Translations under genes and position numbers: made by a program
DNA from: Patescibacteria group bacterium
GTDB taxonomy: Bacteria; Patescibacteriota; Microgenomatia; UBA8517
Direction: 5' to 3'
DNA: 64,000 bases
Assembly: GCA_038061225.1 (NCBI GenBank)
Contig: JBBTZT010000003.1
Location: forward strand, 257,515 to 321,514
Notes under the pieces: generated by a model
The model's database searches: none
Seen by the model: the letters and a program-made list of their open reading frames with translations, nothing else
What the model was told of the DNA's origin: nothing
Shown here: one piece after another, positions 27,828 to 36,529 of the stretch
How the letters are laid out: every line of letters starts with the position of its first letter
How positions within the stretch are numbered: the stretch's first letter is position 1

Positions 27828-28855
27828 AAGCAGCAGAAAAACCAAAATATGTTCAAGAAGCACGGAAGTTACTAACTTCAATTGACATTAACCATTTGAT
27901 TTCAAACCCTAATGACCTCAGGGAAATAGACAAAATTAATCGTCTAGTAGCTATTTTTACTAACTTTTCTTCCAATGATGGTCAAGAATTGAAAAGACTC
28001 TTTCAAGAATTTCAAGAGACAGGAAGACGTAGTACTAGTTCGGGAACTATCAAAAATAGAGCCGTAGATGTAATCCAATTTATTGGCCAGAAGATTGAAG
28101 AAATGGATATTTATGTTATAGAACCTGATGAGAAACCACTATTAGAGACGCTGGAAAAATTAAGAAAAATTCAAAAACTAATTCAGGAAGGTTTAGCTCG
28201 GAGTGATGAAAAAACACAAATTATACGGGAGGCTCAAGAAAAATCTAAGTTGTTTAAGGACGATATCTACAAAAGGAAAGCGGAAAAGCTTTCAAAACAG
28301 ACCGTTTGGTCAAAGCAGAGTCATGATGGTTTCGTGGCCGCAGATGAATATGGCCAATTAACTCCTTGGATAGAATTGCTTGAAGATTATTTGGGAGAAG
28401 AAAAGCTCTTAATAAGAGAAAAGGTTATTGAAGATACAACCCCGTATGAAGGAAGAAAATTTCTGAGGTCTATCTTAGAGAAGGCTAACAATGAAGTGGT
28501 TGTGGTTGATAATTTTCTTTCCCACGAGATTTTGGCAATTATTGAACCATATGTATTAAAGGGGGTAGGCTTTAGGTTACTGACACGACAGGCGCACAAT
28601 AGTAAATTTAGGAGTTTTACAGCTGATTATAAAGTCTTTAGACTTCAGCACCAAAATAAAATAGCCGCCAAGGAAAACAAAAAATGCCATGACCGCTTTG
28701 TGATGGTTGATGGTCATATCATATATCATTTCGGAGCCAGCTTAGTTGAATTGGGAAATACCTTATCTGTGGCTCATTTAATTGAAGATCAAAAAGAGAA
28801 AGATAAACTGTTATCTAAATTTACCGATTGGTGGGATACGGGAAAGGACGTTTAA
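27824..28855 (+). CDS. Hypothetical protein with C-terminal PLD-like (HDR-type) domain
   Basis: A..EVVVVDNFL...CHDRFVMVDG..YHFGASL; helical N-terminus; ATGA overlap with the MTase. Confidence 0.7.
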   Translation: MKAAEKPKYVQEARKLLTSIDINHLISNPNDLREIDKINRLVAIFTNFSSNDGQELKRLFQEFQETGRRSTSSGTIKNRAVDVIQFIGQKIEEMDIYVIEPDEKPLLETLEKLRKIQKLIQEGLARSDEKTQIIREAQEKSKLFKDDIYKRKAEKLSKQTVWSKQSHDGFVAADEYGQLTPWIELLEDYLGEEKLLIREKVIEDTTPYEGRKFLRSILEKANNEVVVVDNFLSHEILAIIEPYVLKGVGFRLLTRQAHNSKFRSFTADYKVFRLQHQNKIAAKENKKCHDRFVMVDGHIIYHFGASLVELGNTLSVAHLIEDQKEKDKLLSKFTDWWDTGKDV

Positions 28856-28867
28856 GTTTTAATAATC

Positions 28868-30313
28868 ATGGATATTACAGATATCACTGGCTATACATTA
28901 AAAAATCTTAGCAAAATTAACATTGTTTTAGGGAAAAATGGTTGCGGTAAAAGCACACTGTTACGATCAGTTGAACAAGGTTTATCTTCGCAATCGCAGT
29001 CGTATGGAAAAACAAAATACATAACACCGGAAAGAGGAGGATCTCTTATTTATGAAGCTGGTATTGAACAGAGTTTAACAACCGATATAAATTGGCTTTC
29101 AGGTCAAAGGAGAAAAAATCAAGCTGTTGGTTTTAGACAACAAAGCGTAGCTCAGTATCGCAGACTTGAAACTTTGGTATTAAGAGAAATAGAAAAGGAA
29201 AAACGACAACAAAACGATTACACCTTCGACATTTATGTTAATAAAATCAACTCTTTGCTTGACAATATTGAAATAAAAAGACATGATATGACTTTCAAAA
29301 TATACCATAGAGGAACAATCAATGAATTAGGGGCAGAAGTAATCAGCAGTGGCGAAAGCGAACTGATTTCCTTGGGTATTGAATGTTTAATTTTTGGCAA
29401 AGAGTGTATTCCGGACAAAGAAAATATTTTATTTTTAGATGAGCCAGACGTACATTTACACCCAGATTTACAGGTTCGTTTAATGAATTTCCTAGAAGGT
29501 TTGGTTTCGGATAGTAACTTCAAAGTTTTAATTGCCACACACAGTACTGCTATTTTGGGAGCGTTGGAAACTTACACTGATACTCACTTGGCGTTTATGT
29601 CCTTTGAGCAGAAAGAGCTAAACTTTAGAGAAATTTCAGCAGTTTATAGAAAAGTTCTGCCCGTTTTTGGAGCACACCCCTTGTCTAATATTTTCAACGA
29701 AGCACCAATCTTACTTGTTGAAGGTGAGGATGACGAAAGAATTTGGCAACAAGCTGTCCGATCTTCTAATGGCACTATTAAATTATATCCCTGTTCTGTA
29801 GATAGTGTGAGTAATATAAACGATTTTGAACAGGAAGCAAAAGAGATTATTCAATCTGTTTATGACAAAGCCAAAGGTTATTCATTGAGAGATAAGGACA
29901 ATAACACTGAAGAAATCAATGATCTGCCGCCGATAATCAGAATGAGACTAGCATGCAGAAACTCGGAAAACCTTTTGCTTACGGACGAGGTACTTGGAGC
30001 ACTTAATATAACATGGGATCAACTTAAAGAGCGTATTGATATTTGGTTGAGTACCAATACACAACATCCTCACTTTTCGGTTATGAATGGGTTTAAGGAA
30101 GGCGGATACGATAGAAGAAACTTTGATATTAAAGAAGTGCGTAACGATTTAATGGGTGTTGTTGGAAGCGCAAAACCTTGGGAAGTTGTAGTGGGTCAAT
30201 CAATTTCAAGTCTGACTTGGGATGACAGTTCTAATTTTGAGGAAGATGGAAAAATTCTATCCTTTCTTGGACGAAAGATTACAGAAAATCTTATCCCTAA
30301 ATCGAGTAGATGA
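28868..30313 (+). CDS. OLD-like ABC ATPase with TOPRIM nuclease domain
   Basis: GKNGCGKST, SSGE, FLDEPDVHLHP, IATHS; TOPRIM LLVEGEDD, RDKD, ENLLL. Confidence 0.85.
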   Translation: MDITDITGYTLKNLSKINIVLGKNGCGKSTLLRSVEQGLSSQSQSYGKTKYITPERGGSLIYEAGIEQSLTTDINWLSGQRRKNQAVGFRQQSVAQYRRLETLVLREIEKEKRQQNDYTFDIYVNKINSLLDNIEIKRHDMTFKIYHRGTINELGAEVISSGESELISLGIECLIFGKECIPDKENILFLDEPDVHLHPDLQVRLMNFLEGLVSDSNFKVLIATHSTAILGALETYTDTHLAFMSFEQKELNFREISAVYRKVLPVFGAHPLSNIFNEAPILLVEGEDDERIWQQAVRSSNGTIKLYPCSVDSVSNINDFEQEAKEIIQSVYDKAKGYSLRDKDNNTEEINDLPPIIRMRLACRNSENLLLTDEVLGALNITWDQLKERIDIWLSTNTQHPHFSVMNGFKEGGYDRRNFDIKEVRNDLMGVVGSAKPWEVVVGQSISSLTWDDSSNFEEDGKILSFLGRKITENLIPKSSR

Positions 30314-30358
30314 CATAAGGTTAAAGTAAAAGGGTTAAGGTTATTAACAAATTAGTAA

Positions 30359-31006
30359 ATGAATAACTTATTTATTTTCCAGTTACCTATAGATTTAGCC
30401 TCATCACTTACTGGAGGTGCTATTGGGTTAATATTAGCTTTTGGACTTTACCTTTTTGATAAGTCAATTAACCCCGACCTAGAAATACAGATAGCCGATC
30501 CGTCAAAACTATCATTGGCTCAAGGTGAATTTAAGTCTCTAAATTTAAAAATAATTAACAAAAAGAGAGACGGCATTTTACGATTTTTGAATAGATCAGC
30601 AACTCAAGTTAAGGTATTTCTTTACTTTTCAGACTTTTCTTCAAGAGTGCTTATGAATACAGTGATAGCTAGGTGGAACAATAGTCGAGAACCGCTAACT
30701 CCGGATTATAAAAATGTTGATCTTGGACTTGCTCTTACACACCCTAGAGAGGTTCTCGTACCTGGTGATGAAAATGAAATCTCTGTGGCTATTCGGAAAA
30801 AAGATAATAGATACTGCTTCCCTTTCAGCAACGAAAGCTACATATATCAAAGTAAAGACTTTGAGGTTCCTGGTTGGAAAATTGAAGATGATAAATTTGT
30901 CGTTACTGTGCGCATACAGTCAGCTGAAGTTGATAAAATGGGTGGCGTGTTTATTGTGCTAAATAAAAGTACATTAGAGCAGTTTAAGATCGAAAAAATA
31001 GGATAA
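30359..31006 (+). CDS. Hypothetical protein with N-terminal TM helix
   Basis: Hydrophobic GGAIGLILAFGLYLF followed by beta-rich region. Confidence 0.65.
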   Translation: MNNLFIFQLPIDLASSLTGGAIGLILAFGLYLFDKSINPDLEIQIADPSKLSLAQGEFKSLNLKIINKKRDGILRFLNRSATQVKVFLYFSDFSSRVLMNTVIARWNNSREPLTPDYKNVDLGLALTHPREVLVPGDENEISVAIRKKDNRYCFPFSNESYIYQSKDFEVPGWKIEDDKFVVTVRIQSAEVDKMGGVFIVLNKSTLEQFKIEKIG

Positions 31007-31041
31007 TACTTTGGGATTATAAATTTTTGAATCATATTTAA

Positions 31042-31280
31042 ATGAAACGAATTGATGCATACGCACTCGCTAGATTTCTTATATTAGTTGCCTTGCTTAT
31101 TGGTGTCATCTATACGGGTTCTAAAATTGACACTCTTAGCAAGCGACTAGAAAGAATTGAGGCAAAACTTGGTGGTCCCGAAAAAATCGGTTGTAATGAG
31201 AAGGATTCTATCGAGAAAGTTCGCCAGTCTGTTGTCCGGATTGTAGGCGGAGAGGGCGAAGGTTCTGGTTTATCACCGTA
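31042..31280 (+). pseudogene. Truncated trypsin-like (HtrA/S1C) serine protease
   Basis: TM anchor, then KVRQSVVRIVGGEGEGSG (start of S1C domain), immediately cut by tRNA-Gly sequence. Confidence 0.65.
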
Positions 31281-31355
31281 TGGAGCAGTGGACCGGATTT
31301 GAACCGGCGACCTTCTGCTTGGGAAGCAGACATTCTACCGCTGAACTACCACTGC
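31281..31355 (-). tRNA. tRNA-Gly(CCC)
   Basis: Reverse complement GCAGTGG...CCACTGC-T-CCA, anticodon arm TCTGC-TTCCCAA-GCAGA, GGTTCAAATCC. Confidence 0.93.
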
Positions 31356-31361
31356 GAATCT

Positions 31362-31414
31362 AGCAGCAGGGGATTTCAGAGGCCAAGCTTTGCTTATCGC
31401 TGAACTACCACTGC
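31362..31414 (-). repeat. Degenerate partial duplicate of tRNA-Gly (mini-tRNA-like element)
   Basis: 17-nt identity CGCTGAACTACCACTGC at 31398-31414 and 31339-31355; ends can pair as an acceptor stem. Confidence 0.6.
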
Positions 31415-31441
31415 TGGTAAATTCAGTTTAGTATATACCTC

Positions 31442-31948
31442 TTATCTAGGTAAAACCAATATATTTCCAGAGTGGATTATACTTGGGTTTAGCATGTTGT
31501 TTGCGTTTGCAATTTCTACCCATTTATAACCATCTCCATAAGCTCTAACAGCTATATCCCAAAGATTATCACCTTTAACAACTTCATATGTTGCTGTTGT
31601 TATGCTATCAACATTTGGAATAGTTAATTCTTGTCCTACTTCAATAATACTGGCATTGTCTAACTTGTTTTCAGTTGCAATTTCTACCCATTTAAACCCA
31701 TCACCATAATAAGTAACAGCAATGTTCCAAAGATTATCACCTTTAACAACTGTGTGAACTTTAGTTGAGATCTCAGTTGAATTTGAACCATTTAATAATT
31801 CTTGTGGAATTGTACCCCTGTCTGTTTTTAAGTATTTAACTACTAAAACACCAACAATAACTATGACAAAAAAACCTAAGACCATGCTAATAGATGACTC
31901 ATTGAGTTTTATAGTTTTTAGAAGTTTTTTTAAGTTAAAATTTTTGAT
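31442..31948 (-). CDS. Membrane-anchored double LysM domain protein
   Basis: Two VVKGDNLW.IA..YGDG.KWVEIA..N repeats; frame open upstream of ATG 31885 to an ATC at 31948 behind a GGTGA RBS (start uncertain). Confidence 0.85.
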   Translation of the reverse strand: MKNFNLKKLLKTIKLNESSISMVLGFFVIVIVGVLVVKYLKTDRGTIPQELLNGSNSTEISTKVHTVVKGDNLWNIAVTYYGDGFKWVEIATENKLDNASIIEVGQELTIPNVDSITTATYEVVKGDNLWDIAVRAYGDGYKWVEIANANNMLNPSIIHSGNILVLPR

Positions 31949-32077
31949 TGTTATTCACCACCCTTCGCTTTAAGCTTCGGAGTGGCAGGCCCCCTTACTT
32001 GACAACCGCAATTTATACCAGAAGCTAATTGAAGTCAAGAGGGTTTTAATGTAAAATTGACAAGTAAAGTTTTTGCT

Positions 32078-32154
32078 GGGGTCGTAGCTCAATTGGTTAG
32101 AGCGCTTCCCTGTCACGGAAGAGGTTGCGAGTTCGAGTCTCGTCGATCCCGCCA
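32078..32154 (+). tRNA. tRNA-Asp(GTC)
   Basis: GGGGTCG/CGATCCC-G-CCA, anticodon arm CTTCC-CTGTCAC-GGAAG, TTCGAGT. Confidence 0.95.
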
Positions 32155-32277
32155 AGAACTTTAGAAACAAAAAATTGTATTCCAGATAGTAGATCATCAG
32201 TGAAAAGATAAAATATCAGAAGGTGCAAAATTATCTTATTGCATTTAACTTATGTTTATTTTATATTATTCATAATA

Positions 32278-32493
32278 ATGTCAGAAGCAACTGCAAATAC
32301 AAATAAACTTACCGAGTCAGCACAGGATGAGGCTTTAAATAGACCGGTTATTGGCGCAACTCAAGATGGGAACAGACAAAAAAAGTTGAATGAGGAAATA
32401 GGTTTAAATCCTGATGTGATTAAAGCGAAAGAATTGTTAAATCAAGGTAAAATTAGTATTGAAGAATTTGAAAGATTAACAAAAAAGAAGTAA
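32278..32493 (+). CDS. Small protein with C-terminal SHOCT-like motif
   Basis: KAKELLNQGKISIEEFERLTKK; ATG at 32278. Confidence 0.55.
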   Translation: MSEATANTNKLTESAQDEALNRPVIGATQDGNRQKKLNEEIGLNPDVIKAKELLNQGKISIEEFERLTKKK

Positions 32494-32504
32494 AGTTGAT
32501 TTAA

Positions 32505-34232
32505 ATGACTAATCTTCAAATTGCAGAGTTACTTAGAAATGTTGCAGCTAGTTATCAACACAAGCAAAGCTTGAAATCAGAATTTGAAAAAGACCCAAAC
32601 AAATACAGATTTCAAATTATTGCCTACAATCGTGCAGCTGACTCTGTTGAGCATGCAACTTCTGAACTTAAAGATCTTTGGGATGATGGAAAACTAGATG
32701 AAGTTCCCAGTATAGGAGTTTCAATTGCAAAACATTTGGATGAGATATTTATAACAGGAAAATCTACTCATTTTGAAAAAATAATGAAAGGAATTTCTAA
32801 TGAAGCATTTCGTTTAACAGCACTTTCAGGTGTAGGTTTAAAAACGGCTATGAAAATGCTTCAAGAACTTACAAAGAGCGAAATTAAACAAAAATTGATA
32901 GAAGCTGATAAATTAATTAATAAAGTCAAAAGACATTTACTTCCTTATGCTGAATCTGTAGCCTCTGAGGTCACAGAATGGCTTTCTAAGTGCCCTGAAA
33001 TAGAAAAGATAGATGTGCTCGGTTCTCTTCGCAGAAAAACAGCCACAGTAGGGGATATAGATATATTGGCTTCGCCAAAATTTTCAATTAACAATTTTCA
33101 ATTTTCAAGTAAACAAATAATAGAATATTTTATCAAATACCCCAAAGCTCAAAAAATTATTGAAGCTGGTGAGCATACGGCTTCAATTTTACTTCCTTCA
33201 AATGTTCAAGTTGATTTATTAGTTATGAATCCTGAAAGTTATGGATCAGCCCTACAACATTTTACAGGTAGTAAATTCCACAATATAGCTCTTCGTGAAC
33301 ATGCACTAAAAAATGGATTTTCTCTTTCAGAATATGGAATAAAAAGTGTAAAAAACGAAAAGACAAATATTAAATTTAAAACAGAACAGGAATTATATAA
33401 ATTTTTAAAAATGGATTACGTTGAACCTGAGTTACGTGAAGATACAGGAGAAATTGAAGCGGCGATAAATCAAAAGTTACCCAAACTAACAAAGTTAGAT
33501 GATATTAAAGCAGATTTACAAATTCATTCTGATTTTGATATTCAAACCTCACATGATTTAGGTATAGATTCGATGGAAAAAATAATTGAGAAGGGTAGAG
33601 AATTAGGTTATGAATATATAGCCTTTACAGAACATAACCCAAGTAAGAAAGGACATAATGAAAAACAAGTTGAAGAATTGCTAAAAAGAAAGCGTGAAAG
33701 AATTGACCAACTAAATTACTCGCGTGAAAAGAGAATACCTTTTGTATTCAATAGCCTCGAAATAGATATAAATAAAGATGGTAGTTTACCAATATCTGTG
33801 AAAGGTTTAGAAACATTAGATTTTGCACTTGTTTCCGTTCATTCTGTATTTGATCTCTCAAGAAATGAAATGACAAAAAGAGTACTTAATGCACTCTCCT
33901 ACCCCAAAGTTAAAATTTTTGCCCACCCAACTGCAAGAAAGATAAATGAAAGAGAAGGGGTTGAACTTGATTGGCCTAAAATTTTAAACCTCTGTCTGCA
34001 AAAGAATATATGGCTAGAAATTAATGCTGATCCAATGCGTTTAGATTTACCTGACGTATTAGTCCGTGATGCTGTGAAACGTGGTGTGAAATTAACATTA
34101 GGAACTGACACTCATGAAGTTTCTATGATGGATAATATGAAATATGGAGTTAATGTTGCAAGACGTGGTTGGTGTGAGAAAAAAGATATAATAAATACTT
34201 TAAACTTGAAAGAATTTAAAGAAATGATATGA
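32505..34232 (+). CDS. polX: DNA polymerase X / PHP exonuclease
   Basis: AYNRAA, GSLRRK..VGDIDIL, LQHFTGSK.HNIALR, PELRED; PHP DLQIHS, TEH, AHP, GTDTH. Confidence 0.9.
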   Translation: MTNLQIAELLRNVAASYQHKQSLKSEFEKDPNKYRFQIIAYNRAADSVEHATSELKDLWDDGKLDEVPSIGVSIAKHLDEIFITGKSTHFEKIMKGISNEAFRLTALSGVGLKTAMKMLQELTKSEIKQKLIEADKLINKVKRHLLPYAESVASEVTEWLSKCPEIEKIDVLGSLRRKTATVGDIDILASPKFSINNFQFSSKQIIEYFIKYPKAQKIIEAGEHTASILLPSNVQVDLLVMNPESYGSALQHFTGSKFHNIALREHALKNGFSLSEYGIKSVKNEKTNIKFKTEQELYKFLKMDYVEPELREDTGEIEAAINQKLPKLTKLDDIKADLQIHSDFDIQTSHDLGIDSMEKIIEKGRELGYEYIAFTEHNPSKKGHNEKQVEELLKRKRERIDQLNYSREKRIPFVFNSLEIDINKDGSLPISVKGLETLDFALVSVHSVFDLSRNEMTKRVLNALSYPKVKIFAHPTARKINEREGVELDWPKILNLCLQKNIWLEINADPMRLDLPDVLVRDAVKRGVKLTLGTDTHEVSMMDNMKYGVNVARRGWCEKKDIINTLNLKEFKEMI

Positions 34233-34259
34233 TGAAAATTGAAAGAAGGTGATTAATAT

Positions 34260-34820
34260 ATGAATTTAACAATATTGTTATTAATAGTTTTAGTAGTACT
34301 TATAGGTTGGCTAATTTCTGTTTATAATTTTTTTGTATCAAGTAAAGCTAGAATTAAGGCTTCAATACAAGAAATAGGAAATCAACTAAAAAGACAGGCT
34401 GATTTAATCCCAAATCTTGAAAGTAGTGTTAAAGGATATTTAACTCACGAGAAAGGTATTCTTGAAATGTTATCAGAAGCTAGAAAATTGGTTGCTAAAG
34501 GACAAGATGCATCAAAACAGATTTCTGAGGTTTTATCAGGGCTTAAAATAATAGTTGAAAGTAATCCTGAACTCAAAGCAAATACAGTTGTTTCTGATTT
34601 AATGGGTGAACTTAGAGATACTGCAGACAAAGTAATGTATGCTACACGCCTTATGATTGATCTTACTGCAGACTATAATGTCAAAAGAGTTTCAGTTCCG
34701 TCAAACATTGTTGCAAACATGTTTAAGTTTGATGAACTTAAAGGACTTGAAACAGCTACAGAAGGTGAACATCTAAAAGTAAGCGCAGATGAAATGAAAT
34801 CAACTAAAATTAATCTTTGA
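34260..34820 (+). CDS. lemA: LemA family protein
   Basis: N-terminal TM, YN, QLKRQADLIPNL...VKGYLTHE, PELKAN, YN...VPSNIVA. Confidence 0.88.
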   Translation: MNLTILLLIVLVVLIGWLISVYNFFVSSKARIKASIQEIGNQLKRQADLIPNLESSVKGYLTHEKGILEMLSEARKLVAKGQDASKQISEVLSGLKIIVESNPELKANTVVSDLMGELRDTADKVMYATRLMIDLTADYNVKRVSVPSNIVANMFKFDELKGLETATEGEHLKVSADEMKSTKINL

Positions 34821-34869
34821 TTAATTTATGCACAGATAAATCTTTAAAAAGATATGTTATAATTTGGGT

Positions 34870-35085
34870 ATGTCAAAAACAGACTTGAAAGCTATGGTGT
34901 GGAAAGAAGAAAATTGGTTCGTGGCCAAAGCTCTTGGCCTGGAAGTTGCTAGTCAAGGTAAAACTAGAAAGGAGGCAATTAAAAATCTTCAAGAGGCAGT
35001 TGATTTGTTATTAGAAAATGAGGATTTAAAAATTCCAAACTATTTTGTACCAAATAATCCTCAAATAAGAGCCATATATGCCTAA
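34870..35085 (+). CDS. hicB: HicB family antitoxin (short)
   Basis: FVAKAL..EVASQGKTRKEAIKNLQEAVDL. Confidence 0.85.
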   Translation: MSKTDLKAMVWKEENWFVAKALGLEVASQGKTRKEAIKNLQEAVDLLLENEDLKIPNYFVPNNPQIRAIYA

Positions 35086-35302
35086 ATTATATAATTCAAG
35101 AGAAACGGTGAAAGCATTTCAAAGAGCTAAATTCGTTAAAATAGTACAAAAAGGAAGTCATCTTAAAATGCGAGGGTTTTGGAATGGTAAAATTCAAACT
35201 ATAATTATTCCAATGCATAAACAAATTGCTTTTGGAACATTTCAAAGCATTTTAAACCAAGCCGGAATGTCAAAATTAGAATTTGAACAATTTTTAAAAT
35301 AA
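35078..35302 (+). CDS. hicA: HicA family mRNA interferase toxin
   Basis: QKGSHLKM...IIPMH..IAFGTFQSILNQAG. Confidence 0.88.
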   Translation: MPKLYNSRETVKAFQRAKFVKIVQKGSHLKMRGFWNGKIQTIIIPMHKQIAFGTFQSILNQAGMSKLEFEQFLK

Positions 35303-35305
35303 ATT

Positions 35306-36238
35306 ATGCAAAATATATATGAGATTGGGCAAAGTAATAAGATTAAGAGTGGTTTAATAACTGCTTTGTTTTTCATATTCTCTGTTATTGCTATTTATTT
35401 TATATCTCAGGCTATTGGTTATTATAATGGCTATGAAACAGGTGGTTTAGGCTATGTTGGAATTGCATTAATATTTTCAGGAATTTCAACTTTTGTAAGT
35501 TATTATTATTCAGACAAAATAGTTTTAAAAATTTCTGGGGCTAGAGTTGCCAATTCTAAAGAAGATAGACTTTTTACTTCAGTTGCTGAAAATTTGTGTA
35601 TTGGTGCAGGTTTACCAAAGCCAAAATTATATGTTATAGAAGATTCTGCTCCAAACGCTTTTGCTACAGGACGAGATCCAGAACATGCAGTAATTTGTGC
35701 TACAACAGGACTTTTAGATAAATTAAGCCGTACAGAACTTGAAGGGGTTATTGCTCACGAATTAACACATATTAGAAATTATGATATTCGTTTAATGAGT
35801 ATAGTTTCTGTCATGGTCGGTTTAATAGCCCTTCTTGGTGATTGGTTCTTTAGAGTAAGAATGTTTGGAGGTGGAAATCGTCGAGACAATGATAATAATC
35901 AATTGGGTGCAATAATAATGATTGTCGGGATATTGTTTGCAATACTTTCTCCAATTATTGCAACGCTCATACAACTTGCAATTTCAAGGAGACGAGAATT
36001 TATGGCAGATGCTGGATCGGTTGAAATTACAAGACAACCGCAAGGATTAATAACAGCTTTAGAAAAAATATCAAAAGACACTGAACCACTTGAAGCTGCA
36101 AATAAAGCTACGGCTCATCTTTATATAGTAAACCCCTTTAAAGGTGGTATTAAAGGGTCTGTTAATACATTTGCAAATTTGTTTAATACTCACCCACCTC
36201 TAACGGAAAGAATTGCAACTCTTCAAAAAATGTCTTAA
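35306..36238 (+). CDS. htpX: Zinc metalloprotease HtpX (M48)
   Basis: PNAFATG, ELEGVIAHELTH, ISRRREFMAD, THPPLTERI. Confidence 0.93.
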   Translation: MQNIYEIGQSNKIKSGLITALFFIFSVIAIYFISQAIGYYNGYETGGLGYVGIALIFSGISTFVSYYYSDKIVLKISGARVANSKEDRLFTSVAENLCIGAGLPKPKLYVIEDSAPNAFATGRDPEHAVICATTGLLDKLSRTELEGVIAHELTHIRNYDIRLMSIVSVMVGLIALLGDWFFRVRMFGGGNRRDNDNNQLGAIIMIVGILFAILSPIIATLIQLAISRRREFMADAGSVEITRQPQGLITALEKISKDTEPLEAANKATAHLYIVNPFKGGIKGSVNTFANLFNTHPPLTERIATLQKMS

Positions 36239-36256
36239 CAATAGTATGATATTCAT

Positions 36257-36529
36257 ATGGCTAGATTAACTAAAAAGGATGTAATTCATGTTGCTGAGCT
36301 TTCAAATCTTAAACTCACAGACAGTGAGATAAAGAAATTTCTTCCACAATTAACTAAAATTGTGGAATTTGTAGGATCTTTAACTGAAGTTAATACAGAA
36401 AATATAGAACCCACAAGTCAAACAACAGGACTTACCAATGTGGTTCGTGAAGACAGAGTGATTAGTGAAAACATGTTGACACAAGAAGATTATTTTAAAG
36501 TTCCAGCAATTCTTACTGAACGAACATGA
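36257..36529 (+). CDS. gatC: Asp/Glu-tRNA amidotransferase subunit C
   Basis: VIHVAELSNL, NVVRED, YFKVPAIL; precedes gatA. Confidence 0.9.
   Translation: MARLTKKDVIHVAELSNLKLTDSEIKKFLPQLTKIVEFVGSLTEVNTENIEPTSQTTGLTNVVREDRVISENMLTQEDYFKVPAILTERT

Larger units (their letters stand above)
20900..31280 (+). mobile_element. Horizontally acquired defence island adjoining the 3' end of tRNA-Gly; no integrase visible
   Basis: Visibly higher G+C and more C/G-ending codons than flanks; co-oriented defence-type genes; broken genes at both edges; left boundary approximate. Confidence 0.7.

Noticed and set aside
21264-30313. Calling the island DISARM, BREX or Gabija
   Set aside because: Required partners (DrmA/DrmB; PglZ/BrxC; GajB UvrD helicase) are not present
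31535-31755. Direct repeat CCAAAGATTATCACCTTTAACAAC (two copies)
   Set aside because: Explained by the two LysM domains of one gene
31970-32197. 75-aa minus-strand ORF
   Set aside because: Antisense translation of tRNA-Asp
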